From Takakia lepidozioides (taxonomy: Eukaryota > Plantae > Bryophyta), in the NCBI GenBank assembly GCA_030704615.1, contig CM060732.1, forward strand, positions 53,134,001-53,198,000: 64,000 nt of DNA, given 5' to 3'. A program made the position numbers and the translations under genes. The notes beneath the pieces are model-generated. The model searched no databases, was not told the origin of the DNA, and saw only the letters and a list, made by a program, of their open reading frames with translations. Below, piece by piece: positions 38,313 to 52,506 of this stretch. The first letter of the stretch is position 1; each line of letters begins with the position of its first letter.

Positions 38313-38759
38313 TGGTTAAGATTCTATTACAGAACTATTGTAGTTCTTATGATTAAAATAGTCCCTATACTTCAACTACACATTTGGAGCCTACTTCTTA
38401 ACTTTACATCATTTGAATGACTTTGATTGGATGGTTTGAGTTAAATATGCACTTGCTGACTATTTATTATCTTGGGAGGTTTGAGATAGTGACCTTTCCA
38501 ATCTCAAAACTTTTTGCACCAAAATCCTCCCCCTTATTTCCAATAACCGCGCCGCGTAATCAATATGAGTTTGAATACACTTTCTTGGCCAAGAATCTAT
38601 GGACAACTGAGGTAGCCATAGAAAAGATTCTTTCAATCTCTATCACAGTGCGGGGCCATGTCCAACAAGAAAAGCAACATTGGGGCCCTAGTTAAGATTA
38701 CACCAAAGGACTTGGATTTGGTTTGGGTGCATAAACCCTAACTAGTAAGCCCCGGGAGT

Positions 38760-41400
38760 CCTTCCTGACCAGCCTGGATCCCACGGAGAGCTTAGTTTAC
38801 TACACTCCGAACGACTATATCATGGAGAATTCTGAAGTTCAGGGCGGAATGCAAAACCTACGCAATGAAAGTAAAGGCAAGGAGAAGGTCATGGAGTCAG
38901 AGGAATCAGAGGAAGATACACATTTTCTTACAACTAACCATGTTGCCACTGAGGTGGATCTCTTTCAGGATGGACCAGGCAGAGCGCTGACCTTTATGGA
39001 CTTAATGGACAGAGAGACTCCTTCAGATCAGAAGAGATTCGAGGAGGTAGTGCTCACTACTATAACCCCTTTGCGGTTTTAGTACTGGAGTGAAAAAAGT
39101 ATTCTACTGTGTATTGTCTTGTTTTATGCGTGCAGATCTAGTATTTCTAGTGCTCAGGTCACCACTCGAGTCTAATTGCTACTGAACTGGATTTCCCTCA
39201 GGCTAGAATGATTTCGGAGCTGCAGCAGTTTTTCGGCTTATCGGACACAGATCTCAAATCTGCAGAGATCGGACTGCCAGGTACCCACTAAAAATGTTTT
39301 TCCATCCAGCTTGAGATGGTCATCATATCCTCTTTACAATAGTACCCTAGATACGAAAGTGTGATAGCTGATACGTACTGGCCATCGTTGTCTTCAACTC
39401 GCTCTCCAACGTTGTAGAATTTTCTCCTGTTTTCCTGACCTTTCAAAAACGACCTCATTGCCCCAGGCTACATATTGGGGTACTACATTTGGTGCACATT
39501 GATCATTCTCCTGACATGGATGCAATTTAAATTGGGTGATCAATCATGCAGAGTGACTGGGACAATGAGCAAAGGCAAAAAATAGACTGGGAAAGTGCAA
39601 AACATAAAGCAAAATTGTTGCACACCCCTATATCCAGACCTGATGGCAGCCCATGCGGCTTGTCAACGGGTTGTGACACCTGTGGATCAGACCCCATACC
39701 TTGATGAGCAGCTTGCGCAGGCTCAAGTTGAAACAATCAAGAAGTATTGTGTTCTGTACCCAGATGAGATTGATATCAGCCCAGAAGAGAAGGCCGAGCT
39801 TGATCAATTCATGGTAAGGTCGAACCCCTAATAGATAGGAGATGGGATTCCAGGACCTAGATCAGTCACCAAGGTTCCATTTATGAAAGAGTAGGCTTTA
39901 GAGTCAGTCACCTACTGGAAAGCAGCTCAACATCGTTCTTTCCTTGAAAACTACAAAGTCATGTATATATATATGGCATGAACTATATGATAGAGCCCAC
40001 TGTACCTCAAAGGGAAAGTGGGAAAGTACCCACAAGAGGACCAGGCTTGATAGGCGAACTTCGCCGTCAGGGTCATCTTTTCTCTGTGTGTACTTGGCAT
40101 AATATGGCCGAGATTTAATGCTACTCAAGAGCTAAGTTATGATTCAGTTCTCTTTACATGATCTATTCCAGCTGGTGTGTAGAGCATCTGACTTTGTTCT
40201 TGGCAGAGCTGCTATCTAGATCTATGGACAACAGCTTCATTTCAGATTCTTGCTTGTTAGCATACATTGACATCTGTCTTTATGCTGCACTTGTCGTCTG
40301 GATTTTGGATTTTGCAGGTCCACCATTTTATGCTAATCACTGCCTACTGCAAGGATCAGCTGCAGCAACGTCTTAACAGGGCTGTGAGTGAAGCTATGAT
40401 GTTTTGCTGGAACACAGAGCAGGAACTCTACAAACTGACAGGTAAGGAGAACTTGGGCTTGCATGTGGTTGTTAGTACCTACTGCAAAATAAGGTAGCCG
40501 CGGATTGGAGACACCTGATCTAGGAAATTGAGCTCAAGCCATTGTACTTCCTTTAGCCTAGCCAGAGGATGTTAAAGAGTCTAAGGGCCGAGCTGCGTTC
40601 AGAGGGCCTGGGTTATAGTTGTACAGAGGTAACTAATTTGGAAGGGCACTATGAACGTCGAGTTATCTGCAAGTTAAATACTTGGCTGCTCTTATTACAA
40701 CTGTCCTTGGAAAGTTACTTACCCGTAGAAATTAACAATGCGTGGACTCTGCAGGAGCATTCCCGGTTTATGGCAAGGGAGCAGCTACTCTCTCACGATC
40801 AAGCTCGGCCTTCTCTTCAGGGCTGATATCAAGCTGATCAAGGTCCAGAACTGAATATTTCTTGCTAACAATCGGAGCCTGCGTTAGCTGCTCATAAAGG
40901 GCTGGGATTTGAGCCACAGGTGTACCAACACGAAGGCAAGCAGCGTGGGCCGCCAGTAGGTCTGGATATAAAGGTGTGCCACAATCATTGCTGTCTGTTT
41001 TGCATTTTCACATTCTACGTTTTGCCTCTGTACATTGTCCCAGTAAGTCTGCATAATCACTCACCCGAAGGCGCCTGTGAGGAATATCTGTATACCATAT
41101 AATACTCTCCGACCCTCAGGTACCTGTCCTCGACAATTTGTCCCAAGTCGGTCCTTCCTCGGGTCCTTAGGAGGTCCTTCGCGCTCTAGTAGCTAGTACT
41201 GGCGTAGCTCCATCCTTCCTTACTGGTGCAAAGTACCCGCTGATCCATGGACGAGAATCTCCAATGTTCCTCCCGCAGCAGTTCCCTGTAAAAGCTTTTG
41301 CATCACTGTTAACGCAGATCAAGGGACGCTAGCCCCTCCTCAATCCCTGCAGGCAAACCTTCACCTCAGTCATCAACATAATCTTGAACAAACTAGAAAA
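38760..41400. mobile_element. Two degenerate, oppositely oriented copies of an unclassified coding repeat (possibly LINE ORF1)
   Basis: 39540-39700 (+) is homologous to the reverse complement of 40905-41060; both translate to TPLYPDL.AAHAAC.RV.TPV. Acidic N-terminus with KGKEKV at 38822. Many stops. Confidence 0.4.
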
Positions 41401-44299
41401 TCGAGAGAGAGGAGGAGTGACTACACTACACTTGTGCTTTGCTTCTCTCTCTCCCGCCCTCGCTCTCTCTCACCCGGCCATACATCCGTTGCCATCCCTG
41501 CGCCTGCTGCCCCTTCGTCTTCAGACGGTACTGAATACTTCTGACGGTACTTTCGCCGGATTCCGGCAGCCTGGGCTCCTCCGGCGGGGCCCTTGTCAAA
41601 TCCTCCCCACCCCGCTATGCTACTAGTTCCACCTTTGCATTTTGCACCCATTCTTGAGCTTTTCGTTTTTTGTTTTTTAAAGGAAAAAAAAGAAAAAAGA
41701 AAAGAAAAAGAAAACGGGAACAGAGCCATTCTTTTTACAGAATATTGTTCAATGCTTGTTAGATACCTATATCATTATGTATATTTTATTTGATCCCTGA
41801 AGTTGACAGTTAACCTGACATCAGCATCCAGACTGTCCTTCTTTTTAATATCTCTAACGGGTTCCCTGGGTGTCTTGTCAGCTTTGAAGTTGCCTCTCTG
41901 CCTTAAGTTTGTGGCACATAAGTCCAGATGTGCCTCGCTGTATGATGGTAAATCCCTTGTGTATTTGGAGCCACTCTCGCTCGCATTTACTTTGATCTAA
42001 TTATTCAAGGCCGGAAAATGCGGGAAATGTTGGTCTTAGCAATATGCAGATGTTCTTGAAGACATGCGTGCGGCCTTGCTCAACGCCTTTGATGGAACTT
42101 GGGCCCTTCGAGGCATCCCCTGCACCAGAGCTGGAGATAGTCCCTGCTGGGTCAATAGACCACCTGATGGCTGGAGACTCACCTAGCCCGCGGCCCTCCC
42201 TGGCAAGCAAGGACAATTTGAAAGAAATCAACTGGAAGCACCGCAAAAACGGACCCTCTAAAGTCAATCTAAAGTCAAGGCTCATCTCAACTTCGAGCAG
42301 CAAGTTTGTAGAAAGCGTTAGTTAGTTCACTGTCTCTCTCGGACACTCAGGCTAGTTGGCTTTTGGTAGTTTAGATGCAACTCTTGGACCTTCGGCTTAA
42401 TCTGTCTCGCTTTAGGCTTAGCTTGGCTGCAGACCGAGTGCAGACCCTTTCTTCTGCTGGCTAGGCCCAGCAAATGATTCAGAACATTTGTTTATCTTTC
42501 TGCTGCTGGCAGATGTTCTTTCTGGTTCAGGCAGACCTTGTGGTCTGACTTAAGATTACTCACTTCTTTGAGGCAGATTTTCTTAGCTTGCTGTCATCCA
42601 AGAGAGTGAATCTCTGCCCTTTCTAGAGCTGAATCCCCCTGGGTGGACGGGTCTGGGTGTTACCCAATCACTCTCTGATGTAAGCCTTTACTAATGGCCT
42701 CCTCTCATGGTTATTTTTTCCATGAGTTCTTAATATGACTTAAAGGGCTTCCTCCCCTTTCCTTTAAAAAAAAATTCATTCAAAAAACAAATTAACCACC
42801 CTAAGAAGAACCCGGGGAAACAGCTTTCTTTTTAGTTGTGAAGGATTTGAGCCCGGGATCACATACTAATCTCATCCAACTAGGCTACCTACAAATGTGA
42901 TAAAATTGTAATGTCTTACAAATATCTCTAGAGTATCTTTCCATGAGCCCTGTCCATTTCCGCGGACCACTAGTAGTTTGTGCAAACCCAACCACCAAAA
43001 CAAACATACATTAAAAAAACCAAGTGCAGGAAGCCCAAAGCAAAACCTGATGAGCAGGTTTGTGGCTGGACCCACCATTTGCTTTTTACCTTCCCTGCCT
43101 GCCCCTGCCCTTAGACATGACCTGCGGGCTTGTATGAGAAGAAACCATTTATAGCCATGTCCAACAAGGAAAAAATGATTTTAGATTATGCATGTCCCTT
43201 GGGCAACAAAAATCTTTGTTTCCTCATAAGTCCGGCCGGTGTGCTTTTAATGTGTTTTCATATTGAGGTGTCCGGCCCCTAGGTCATGTCCTCCTTGACA
43301 TAACCACCCAATGCTAGTTAGCACCACAAGTCCTTTGGTTGGTATCCTTGAATAATATGAGGATGCCTATGCAGCTTGTCTTATTTTTTTGTACTTGGCC
43401 TCTTTTTCTAAGGTTCTTGCTACATGTAAGTGTGCCATCCTTATCACTGGATAACATTCTAGCCAGATTTGAACCCAGGTTTCATGGGCAATGAATTGCC
43501 TGCAATTTTAAAGTCGTTCCATAAGGGTAGGATAGGTTAGAGTATTTTAGTGGTGCATCCCAATCAAGCAACCCATCCCTTGGAGTGGAAAAAATCTGTT
43601 CCTTACCTTTCGGTGACGAATAATATTTGTGGTGCCCATTATGTGGTTTGTTTTTGGGGCCTACTGGGAGTGTCATGGAATCTGGGTCCTGGTGCATGAT
43701 GTTAGCAAGGACGATTGGGATGGTCTCCTTTGCCCCTCATGTTTTGAAGGGCCCATTCTGCGGTTTGTTTTTGGGGCCTAATGGGAGTGTTATGGAATCT
43801 GGGTCCTGCCGTGTGAATAAATAAGTGCCTAAGTTGATACTTGGGTTACTTCCAGTGTTGGGCGGTTACCCGCCTGGCCCCGGGTAACCGCCGGTTCCGG
43901 TTATGTGGAACCGGACCCGCCTGTGCAGAACCGGAACCAGAACTGGAACCGGAAATTGGGGATTGCGTGGGAACCGGAACCGGCGGTTCCAGCTACGACC
44001 ACATGTGTGGGAACCGGGTTTGAGGACTCCAAAGCGGTTCCGGTTCCGGTTCCACCCATGGGCTGTAGCCCTAAGTGTCTCTACAACTCATCCAGCTCGC
44101 TCTCTCTCGCATACATCTTGCTCGCTACTCCAGTCCAGGTAAGGTTTGTGTTCCATGTCTCCATCTTCTACTTTATTGTTTGATTTCTCTCTCGCTCTCA
44201 TTTCATCTCCATCTCCATTCTCTTTCCCTCTTAGGTTGATTGATTTAATGTGTTGTTTGTTTCTTTTCTTCTCAGTTTATCGCACAAGATGGGGCTGAT

Positions 44300-46000
44300 C
44301 TCTCTTCTGCTGTTGTGGCAGGTGGTGGACACAAAGGGAGGGAGTGTGAGCAGGAGGGCCCCGCCCACCAGCCGTCGCTTCGCTTGTTGTTGGTGAACAT
44401 CCACCATGTTCTTGTTTTTTTTTAATTTTTTGGTTTAGCGGAGCTAATGGGCCCCATGCTCTTGTATTGTGGTAAGTGGCGCATTGGAGGGAGGAAGTGC
44501 CAGCAGGAGGCCCCGCGCAACCAGCCCCGTCGTCAACCAGCCCCTTGTAGGTAAGCATCCACCACTTTTGGTTATTTTACTGTTTTTAGCTTTAGTTCAC
44601 CGTGAAGCTAATCAGCTTCCTCCTTTTCTGCTATGGCATGTGGTGCAAGAGGTAGGGAGGACGAGTAAGGAGGGCCCACCTGCAACCGGGCCCCTTGGTC
44701 CATGGTAATCATTGCTCATCATTTTATTTTATTTTTCTTTATTTTTCTTTTTTTCCTGTTTTCTTTGATGATATACCAAGGGGTTGATAGCCCCTTGCTC
44801 CACTATGGTAGATTTTACATTGGAGGGAGCACAAGCAAAGAGGGGCCCACCAACCAGCCCACATTACCCACTGGTAAGTATCTTCCCTTTCTTTAAATTT
44901 TTTTAATTCTTGATACAATTGGGGGTTGATAAGATAGCCCCTGTGGCTTCTGTTATAGCAGATTCTGCATGAGAGGGAGGGAGCCCAAAGTAGGGAGGGA
45001 CCTACCAACCAGCCACCTTTACCCGCTTGTAACTCCCTTTCATTGAGCTTTATTTTTTTAGTTGTTTAAATTTTTGTTAAAAGAGGGGCTGATTAGCCCA
45101 TTGCTCTTGCGCTACGGCTGATCGTGCATGGGAGGGAAAGGAGGGCAAGTAGGAAGGTTGGCCAACCAGCCCCTCTTGCACCGCACATGTAAGCATTCCC
45201 CTTCATTTTTTTCCCCATAAAATTGGTATAGCAAGGGCTGATTAGCCGTTGCTAATGCAGATCACACACAAGAAGGACGTCCAGTGCAAGTAAAAAAGCA
45301 CGTCAACCAGCCCCTCTCATCTTGTAGTAAGCCCCCACCCTTTATCTTAGTTTTTTAATGTTATTATTTCCAATGTGTGGTACAACAAAAGGCTGATTCG
45401 CCCTTCCTCATAGTGATATGTTGCACTCGGGAAGGGAGCAGAAATAGGAGGCCTCTTGACCCGCCAACCAGCCCCCATTACCCGCGTGTACTTCCCCTTC
45501 ATTGTTCTTTATTTTCTTAATTATTTTAAGTTTGTGATATAAGAGGAGCTGATTAGCCCCTTGCTCTTTTGCTATTGTAGATCGTGCATGGGAGGGAAAG
45601 AGGGCAAGTAGGGAGGCCTGCCAACCAGCCCCCGTTCCACCACACATGTAAGCATGCCCCTAATTCAATGTTGCATATTTTTTTTTCCTAGAAAATTGGC
45701 ATAGCAAGGGGCTGATCAGCCCCCTACTCTGTTGCTATGTAGATCACACACAAGAAGGAGGAGTGCGAGTTTAGAGCCCGCTAACCAGCCCCCTAATCCT
45801 ATGGTAAGCCCCCACCCTTTAATAGCTTAGTTTTTTATTTTATTTTTTCCAATGTGTGGTACAACAGAGGGATGATTTGCTCCTCCTCTCAAAGTGAAAG
45901 TTTGAACTCGGAAAGGGGAGCACAAATATCAAGAAGGCTTGACAGCCAGCCCCTACCTCTTGTGGACAATCACCCCACTTTAAAGCTTCATAATTTTTAG
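44300..46000 (+). repeat. Degenerate ~150-170-bp tandem array (~11 units) inside the hAT 5' region
   Basis: Each unit has GGGCTGATTAGCCC-like, (G/T)AG|ATC...GGAGGG, CCAACCAGCCC and GTAAGC motifs followed by a T-rich tract. Confidence 0.75.
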
Positions 46001-46396
46001 TTATAACTCTTCATGTTGTGGTACAACAAGGACTTATTTATATGTGGTGGGGGCATTGCAGATCATCTCCCAAGGCATGAAGTAGCCAAGCTGACCACTG
46101 AAGCATAAGACTGGTCCACCCCCAACTTGCTAGGTAGTTTTTGTAATTTGAAAATGTAAATGTACATGTACTAGATAAAAAAATAACGTAGATCTAAATG
46201 TAGGCCATGTATGTAACATTCAGCTCAATATGAAATAATAAATTGAGCAGTGCGGTGTCTCTCCCCACACTTTCGTTTTGGCCAGCCATATACCATTCCA
46301 AACTTTTGTAAATATATGAGTTGTGCACAATTATTAAATGCCTTTTGGATTCTTTGTTTGCATTGTTTTTACACATGAGTTGTTCCACAAGCTTTT

Positions 46397-48752
46397 TATG
46401 GCATGGAGCCCAATATTTTCGATGAACTAGAAAGGGAAGTTGTTCCTGATGTCAATGTTGATAATGAGTGAGCTTTGGTGGAGTGCCATGTTGCGGAGGA
46501 TGCTCATCATGCAGCCTCATTTATATCAGCTCATCAAGCCTCGGCTGCAATGTCATCTTCCACAGTTTCGCCATCACACACGGTGTTGGATGTGGAGGCG
46601 CAGCTCCCAGTACTTGAAAAACAACGGGATTTTTAGAAGCCCCACAATCGCACTGCTTCGACATGGGCATTCTATGCAACAAAAGACTCTGCTCCAGTGG
46701 ACATAACAAATCCACAACAAATGAGGTGTGTTCTATGTCATCTTGTTGGTGTCACTCCTGCAAGCAAGAAGGGCATTGTGACCTATAATAAAACCAATGG
46801 TATCTCTGCCCTTCGAAAGCATGTGGATCAAGAACATGACATTGTTTTGCGTAGGTAGATTGAGAGGGAAAATGAAGGACCTGAGAAGGCCCGTAGGCCA
46901 GCAAAAAAGAGGTCCGGCCCCACTCCTGGAAACATAGCTTCTTTTTTTGGGAGCTCCACTCCATACAACCAAAATGATGATCAACAGAAGCAGTTCAATG
47001 ATGATTTAGTCTTGTTCATTGCAAAGGAGTTGGTTCCATTGTCTTTGGTAGAATCCCCTTGGCTAAGAAGGATGGTGTTGAGGCAAAATCCTCGGATTGT
47101 TTTCCCTTCTTGACGGACATTTGTGAATGAGGCCATTCCAATCTTGGCAAAGAAGACGAAATAACGCTACATGTCCCCATCTCTTCAGAGTTGTGCTACT
47201 TGCTCCGTGAGTTTTGATTTGTGGATGTCAAGAGGGGGAACTGACACTTTTGTCATCATAGAGCACTTTATATAATGAACAGTGGGAGCAATGTCATGTG
47301 ACTCTTGGCATGTTTGAGACACCTGACACATCTGGGGCTGCCATGGCACATCAAGTCAACAATCTTCTTGTGAAGTATGGCCTCAATACTCGCATTATTA
47401 CTTATTTCAAAGATGAGGGAGGTAACTTGGCCACTTTGACCAATGCTTTGAATTCGGTGGTCTCATGTGCGTGTTTGGGGTTGGATTCTCCATTTGTGGA
47501 TAGCTGTTTTGGGCATGCAATGTCCAAGTGTTGCCAGTATGCAATAAATGATGCAAAAGTATGCGCAGATATGAGATCAGTTTCTATAAAAAATGCCCAA
47601 TCAGAGTTGCAAAAAACCATTACTTGGACAAAAAAAAGTGGCAAATGGAGACAAGAATGGACAAAGGCATGTGTGGACAGCGGCATTCATCCCCACAAAC
47701 TGAAGACTCCGGTGAAGACACGGTTTGCTTCCAAGGTGATCCTCTTCCAAGAGACTTTGGAGTTTAGGCAAGCCATAATCACTTGGTACTCTAGGCAAAC
47801 CTCATTGGCACTGCAGTCTCGCATACCAAGTCCACAAGTGTGGGCCATTGCCCAATCAATTTCTACAGTTCTAGGGCCTGTGGTTCATGAGTGCATTATG
47901 AATCAATCTGGGGGATTTTGGCTGTTGTCCGATGCTCTTAATGCAGTCATTGCCACAACAATTCGCATGCGAGGAAGTAGTGCTCCCAGGGCTGCAACTG
48001 TGGATCATTACATGGGGGATTTCTCAACAGAGTTGACATTGTTGGAATGGCGAATGGCTCGAGAGGTGGTATATGTCTTGGAACCATTTTTATTTTTTTT
48101 GGAAGGGTTTCAATCGCGCAAAGCTCACAATATGCTCGCGCTTATGTTTGACCCACGTTACAAGGGGTTATCATTGGTATCACAATATGTGGGCAAAGAG
48201 CGTGCTTTGCATATTGTGTCCCAATATGATAGCATGGTGTTAGAGCCTCTTTTGATAAAGTGTTTCAAGGTCTTACATCCGGATACTCCGGCCCAATCAC
48301 AGCCCACTTCCACAATGGACGAGATGTCCTTATTTAGTGTGCATGACCACAATGAAGACATGACATTGACAGTAGTGAGAGAACAACTATCACATTTCAG
48401 AAGGACGAAGATAATTGAGGGTGAGTGCGTGGCTCCTTTGAAATGGTGGAAAGAACACGAGTATCTCTTTCTGTATGTGGGATTTTTGGCACGGCTAATC
48501 TTGGGCATAGTTGGATCTCAGATTGAAGCTGAGAGGGTTTTTAGTATTGCAGGTGTCATAACAAATTTGAGACGGTGCAGGTTAAATATTGAAAACCTTG
48601 ATATGCTTGTGAGTGTAGTCAAGAATTGGCCAAATGATGCTAGAGTTGGTTGCTTTAGTACTTCCATGAAAGAATTTTTGGATAGGGAAGAAGTCCTCTT
48701 AGATGAGAATGATGACTTGATTGCAGAGGCAAACCTTTTTGAGGTAGAATGA
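46397..48752 (+). pseudogene. hAT transposase with BED zinc finger and C-terminal dimerisation domain; N-terminal half disrupted
   Basis: WAFY...CVLC...LRKHVDQEH (BED), SVSFDLW, KTPVKTRF, FDPRYK, PLKWWKEH...SQIEAERVFSIAG. In-frame stops at ~46857-47280; open 47298-48752. Confidence 0.9.
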
Positions 48753-49571
48753 TTTGTCTTAGAGACAAATTGTTGTTCAACATATTACACTATACTCCTT
48801 TGATTGGAGTTTGTTTATTTGTCATTTTTATTGAAAATTTCAGTGACATCCCGTGTACTTAGTTTGTTGTATGCTATATTGACAAAGCATCATCCAAAAA
48901 ACACAAATTTATGTAGTGTTTTTTAGTTGTGCTTTTGCTGCACCATAAAAGGTAACCATAGAATTACACATGTTTAATTTGTTTTGTATTTTGAATTAAG
49001 ATCCTTATGTAGTTAGTTTGTTTTAGTTGTTCTTTGCTACACTATACGAAAACTTATAAAATCTCTGGTTTTCCGTTTTTAATGGAGACCATGCGTATTT
49101 ATACCATAAAAGACAATCACAAAAAACATATAAGTTTATTTACTTCTGTTTTACTAATAAATTCCCTGGTTTTAGTTGAAAATTCTCAGTATGACCAATC
49201 AGATCAGTTCATCTAATTTTCCAGAAGAATAAAAAAATTAAAAGAATTTAATATATTTTTTAAAAAGAACCGGAATCTAACCGGGAACCGGTGTTTTTTT
49301 TCCAGCAACTAACCGGTAACCGGAACCGCCCCCATGTTAAAAGGTCAGAACCTGAACCGGACCGGAACTGCCTTAATAAAAAATAACCGGATCCGGATCC
49401 GGAACCGTCTCTTCAAAAATTTGTGGAACCGGAACCGAAGGTTTCTTCACAAAGGCAAGAACCGCCCAACACTGGTTACTTCCTAATTGTGGGGTTCTTG
49501 GTAGCCCAAAGGTTAATATAGTTTATTTTGAATGAGGAAATAGTTTTGGATACACGTAAAATTCAAACAAG

Positions 49572-49604
<33 letters not shown>

Positions 49605-49607
<3 letters not shown>

Positions 49608-51060
49608 CCAAGAAAGGGGACAAATGCCCTTTTAATTAAATTAATGAAAAAAATAGTCGCATCGGTGGAAAAAATAACCATCGTAGAGGCTGTGAAGGCT
49701 TATTGTGGGGAAACTTCCCTGTGACCCTAGCTAACCAGCTAATGAAGCGGAAGGAGAGAGAGCAGAGAGCGAGTGAGTGCAGGGGGGAGTTGTAATTGCT
49801 AAGGAGATGTTATGTCAGAAGTGTGATAGATTTGCTAAGTAAGATCTACGATCTAAATGTGCAATGGTACTCCGAAGGAGATCTGAGCTGCAAGAGAGTT
49901 AAGCTTCAGGAGGCATTAAGCTATAGAGGGAGAAGTACAAAATGATGATGTCGAAGTAGGGAGCTCGATGGCTTGATTGAAGTGCTCGGGAGTTGACGAG
50001 GAAGAGCCGGTCGACTGGAGGTCCAGGTTTCAGAATCTCAGCTGAGTTCTAAACTTTGAGTCTCGAGCTCTCTTGTGATGCCAATTGAAGTCTGCCTCAT
50101 CCCCCTCATCATAGGACTTCCCATTGAGGGGGGATGGAGTCTTGCCAGGTAAAGCGCATGTTGGGAAGACTGGAGCCAAGCAGGTTCATTTTCCCCATGA
50201 CTGTTGGAAGTGTTGAAGCAGCTTCCTCCCTCGTTGTTCTGTAGTTCCTGCACATACATTAACCCACGCTTTCCTCCCCTCATTTAATAGATCATGATAT
50301 GTATGAAACAAGACTGATCTGCCTTGGGGGGGTTTCCCCTCATAAACCCAGGCACATCTGGTTTTCCACAGATTCCACAAAGTGTGGGCTCTAAGAGATG
50401 CCCATAATGGGCAGACATTCTGGGATTGACCAGGCAGAAAGTTGAGAAGCAATAGAGACGGAGAGGGACGTGGAGATGGAAATGAATCCCAATGAGAATA
50501 GAAACCAAGAACCACCCGCCAGATCCTACTTGACAGATTGCAGAACAACAAACAATGCTCAATGGACTCTGGTTCTGCAAGACAAACAGTGCAAGAAGGC
50601 TGGTCTTCATGTGTCACTTGTTTGACAGGGAGTATTCTATGTGTCAGTTTCCAGAGAAAGCCAAACACTTTTGCCGCTTGGTCTTTCCTCCAAATGTCTA
50701 AGTTCTAGATTTTATCCCATATGCCTTGAGTGAAGTGTCGGTTGCCCCATTTTGTGGACAATTTTATTGTAAAGGAACGAGGCGGGTTGATGAGAGAGTA
50801 ACCCAATTTCACCGAGTAGGCAAAGAAGGGGGATTTCTTGGTATCCATCCAAGTGCACTCCCCTGGGTCAAATTGCAAATCTGCCAGCGGGCAGGTGAGA
50901 AACCAGGTAAGAGATTGGTGGTTTGCCCATTGGATTTCCATCCCCTGTGGCGGCATTGGCTTGACATTGCCCACTCTATTCAGAACCCTTATACGGAAGA
51001 GGTTTTCTTGTCCAAGTCCAGCACACCTTGAAAATTAAGATTGCCTTCACTGTCTAGCTT
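49605..51060 (-). mobile_element. 5'-truncated L1-like LINE (zf-RVT and 3' region)
   Basis: FLWKLTHRILPV...CTVCLAEPESIEHCLLFC...WNLWKTRC (50186-50668). Ends next to a (TA)n tract at ~49575-49605. Confidence 0.75.
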
Positions 51061-51211
51061 GAAGCTCATCCCTGATGCCACCATTTGATAGAACTACTGG
51101 TTGCCCTGGGTTGAGGCCATCCAGGCAGGGGATTTTTTTTTCCTAAAATTCTTAAAAGGGAAACACCTGGGAGCGACAGGTCACAAATCAGGCCCCTTAA
51201 TAATGAGAGGA

Positions 51212-51365
51212 GAAAATAACCTCTTTCATTGTACCCGCGCCATGGAGGCGAATAAGCGGGACACCGCCCATGGGAGGGGGAGAAGTGAAAATCACACCCG
51301 TCGAGTAGCAAGATTTGACCCCATAATCATCCGGGTGGCACTCGGTGCACTTAACCGAGCTACTG
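51212..51365 (-). repeat. tRNA-derived SINE-like repeat
   Basis: Minus-strand A-box-like TAGCTCGGTTAA (51362-51351) and B-box-like GGGTCAAATCT (51321-51311). Similar to 38165-38312. Confidence 0.5.
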
Positions 51366-52506
51366 ACTGTTGGTTTCTTTTTGAAACAGGGGACAGATGC
51401 CCTGAAGAACCTTTACTGGATTTTAAAGATGTCTGAATATTCTAATGCCATAGAACTGGCTGGTATTAAAATTAAGAAAGTATCTCAATATCAAGGCCCG
51501 GTTGGTATTAGTAGAATACCTGCCCACACTGAGCCTTGACCTCTTCATTATGGAATTTTTCTATGCGCCACTTCCGAATCGAACGTTTCACAGATCTCTT
51601 GGTGTTGGGAAAACACCTCTTGATCTCAGTCAAACCAGGAAGTGGTGAGAGAAATGAAATGAAATGGTGCTTTATAATGTCCGTGGAAAGCTCATAGAGC
51701 TTATGGGACAGAATGGAAGAAAAAAACATGAGAGAGGAAACAAAACCAGAACCCAAGAGTAAGAACTAATGTTCTAGTGATTGTCTAAGGGTAAAGGCCT
51801 GGTGCAGGTAAGCTGCCAAGCATTTCTGATAAGAGAGAGAGAGCCATAAAGAGCAAGTCCGACTGATTGTCTTGCTATCGTAGACAGTATGCAGAAACTA
51901 ATACTCTAGTCCACCAAGAGGTGCACATGTTCAAATCTAATGTAATCCAAAGAGTGTTGCTTTGGATTTGAAGGATTGGACTTCAAATAGTCTTCATAAT
52001 GAGCAAGTGCCAGGCGGTGATCACCAGACACTTCAAGCAGAAGTCCATACTCCCTGGTGCCAAAATGAGGGACTGATACACCATGCATTTGAAACACCTG
52101 TTGCAACTGCCCAATATGCAAAAAAGACCTTCCAGCTAATACCACTGTTTGTCTAGTAACCAAAAATTTGACAAATCACATCTCATGCATGCAAAGGCTC
52201 ATATACTTTTGCAAATAAATCAGCATAGGGCTTATGGAATGTGCTGTCTAATTTATAGTCTAATTTATAGAAAAAAGTGCCATCCTAAGTCTTCCTGGTA
52301 TATATGACAAATGGCCACATGCAGTACAATCATATTTGCACCAGAGCAACGGGTGTCCCATTCCTTGTGAAACTTGGTTACATGTCATTTACATGAAGAT
52401 GATATCTTCATGATCCTATAGCAGGAATGTGTGTGGTTCTCATCCATCCCTGTCTGAGGATGTCGACCCTCGTAAGCTCCCTGACAGGAAAAGCTCCCCA
52501 CATCCT

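Larger units (their letters stand above)
43853..49474 (+). mobile_element. Full-length hAT DNA transposon (5622 bp)
   Basis: 15-bp TIR CAGTGTTGGGCGGTT / AACCGCCCAACACTG. Perfect 8-bp TSD GTTACTTC (43845-43852 and 49475-49482). Subterminal GGAACC/ACCGG repeats at both ends. Confidence 0.97.
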
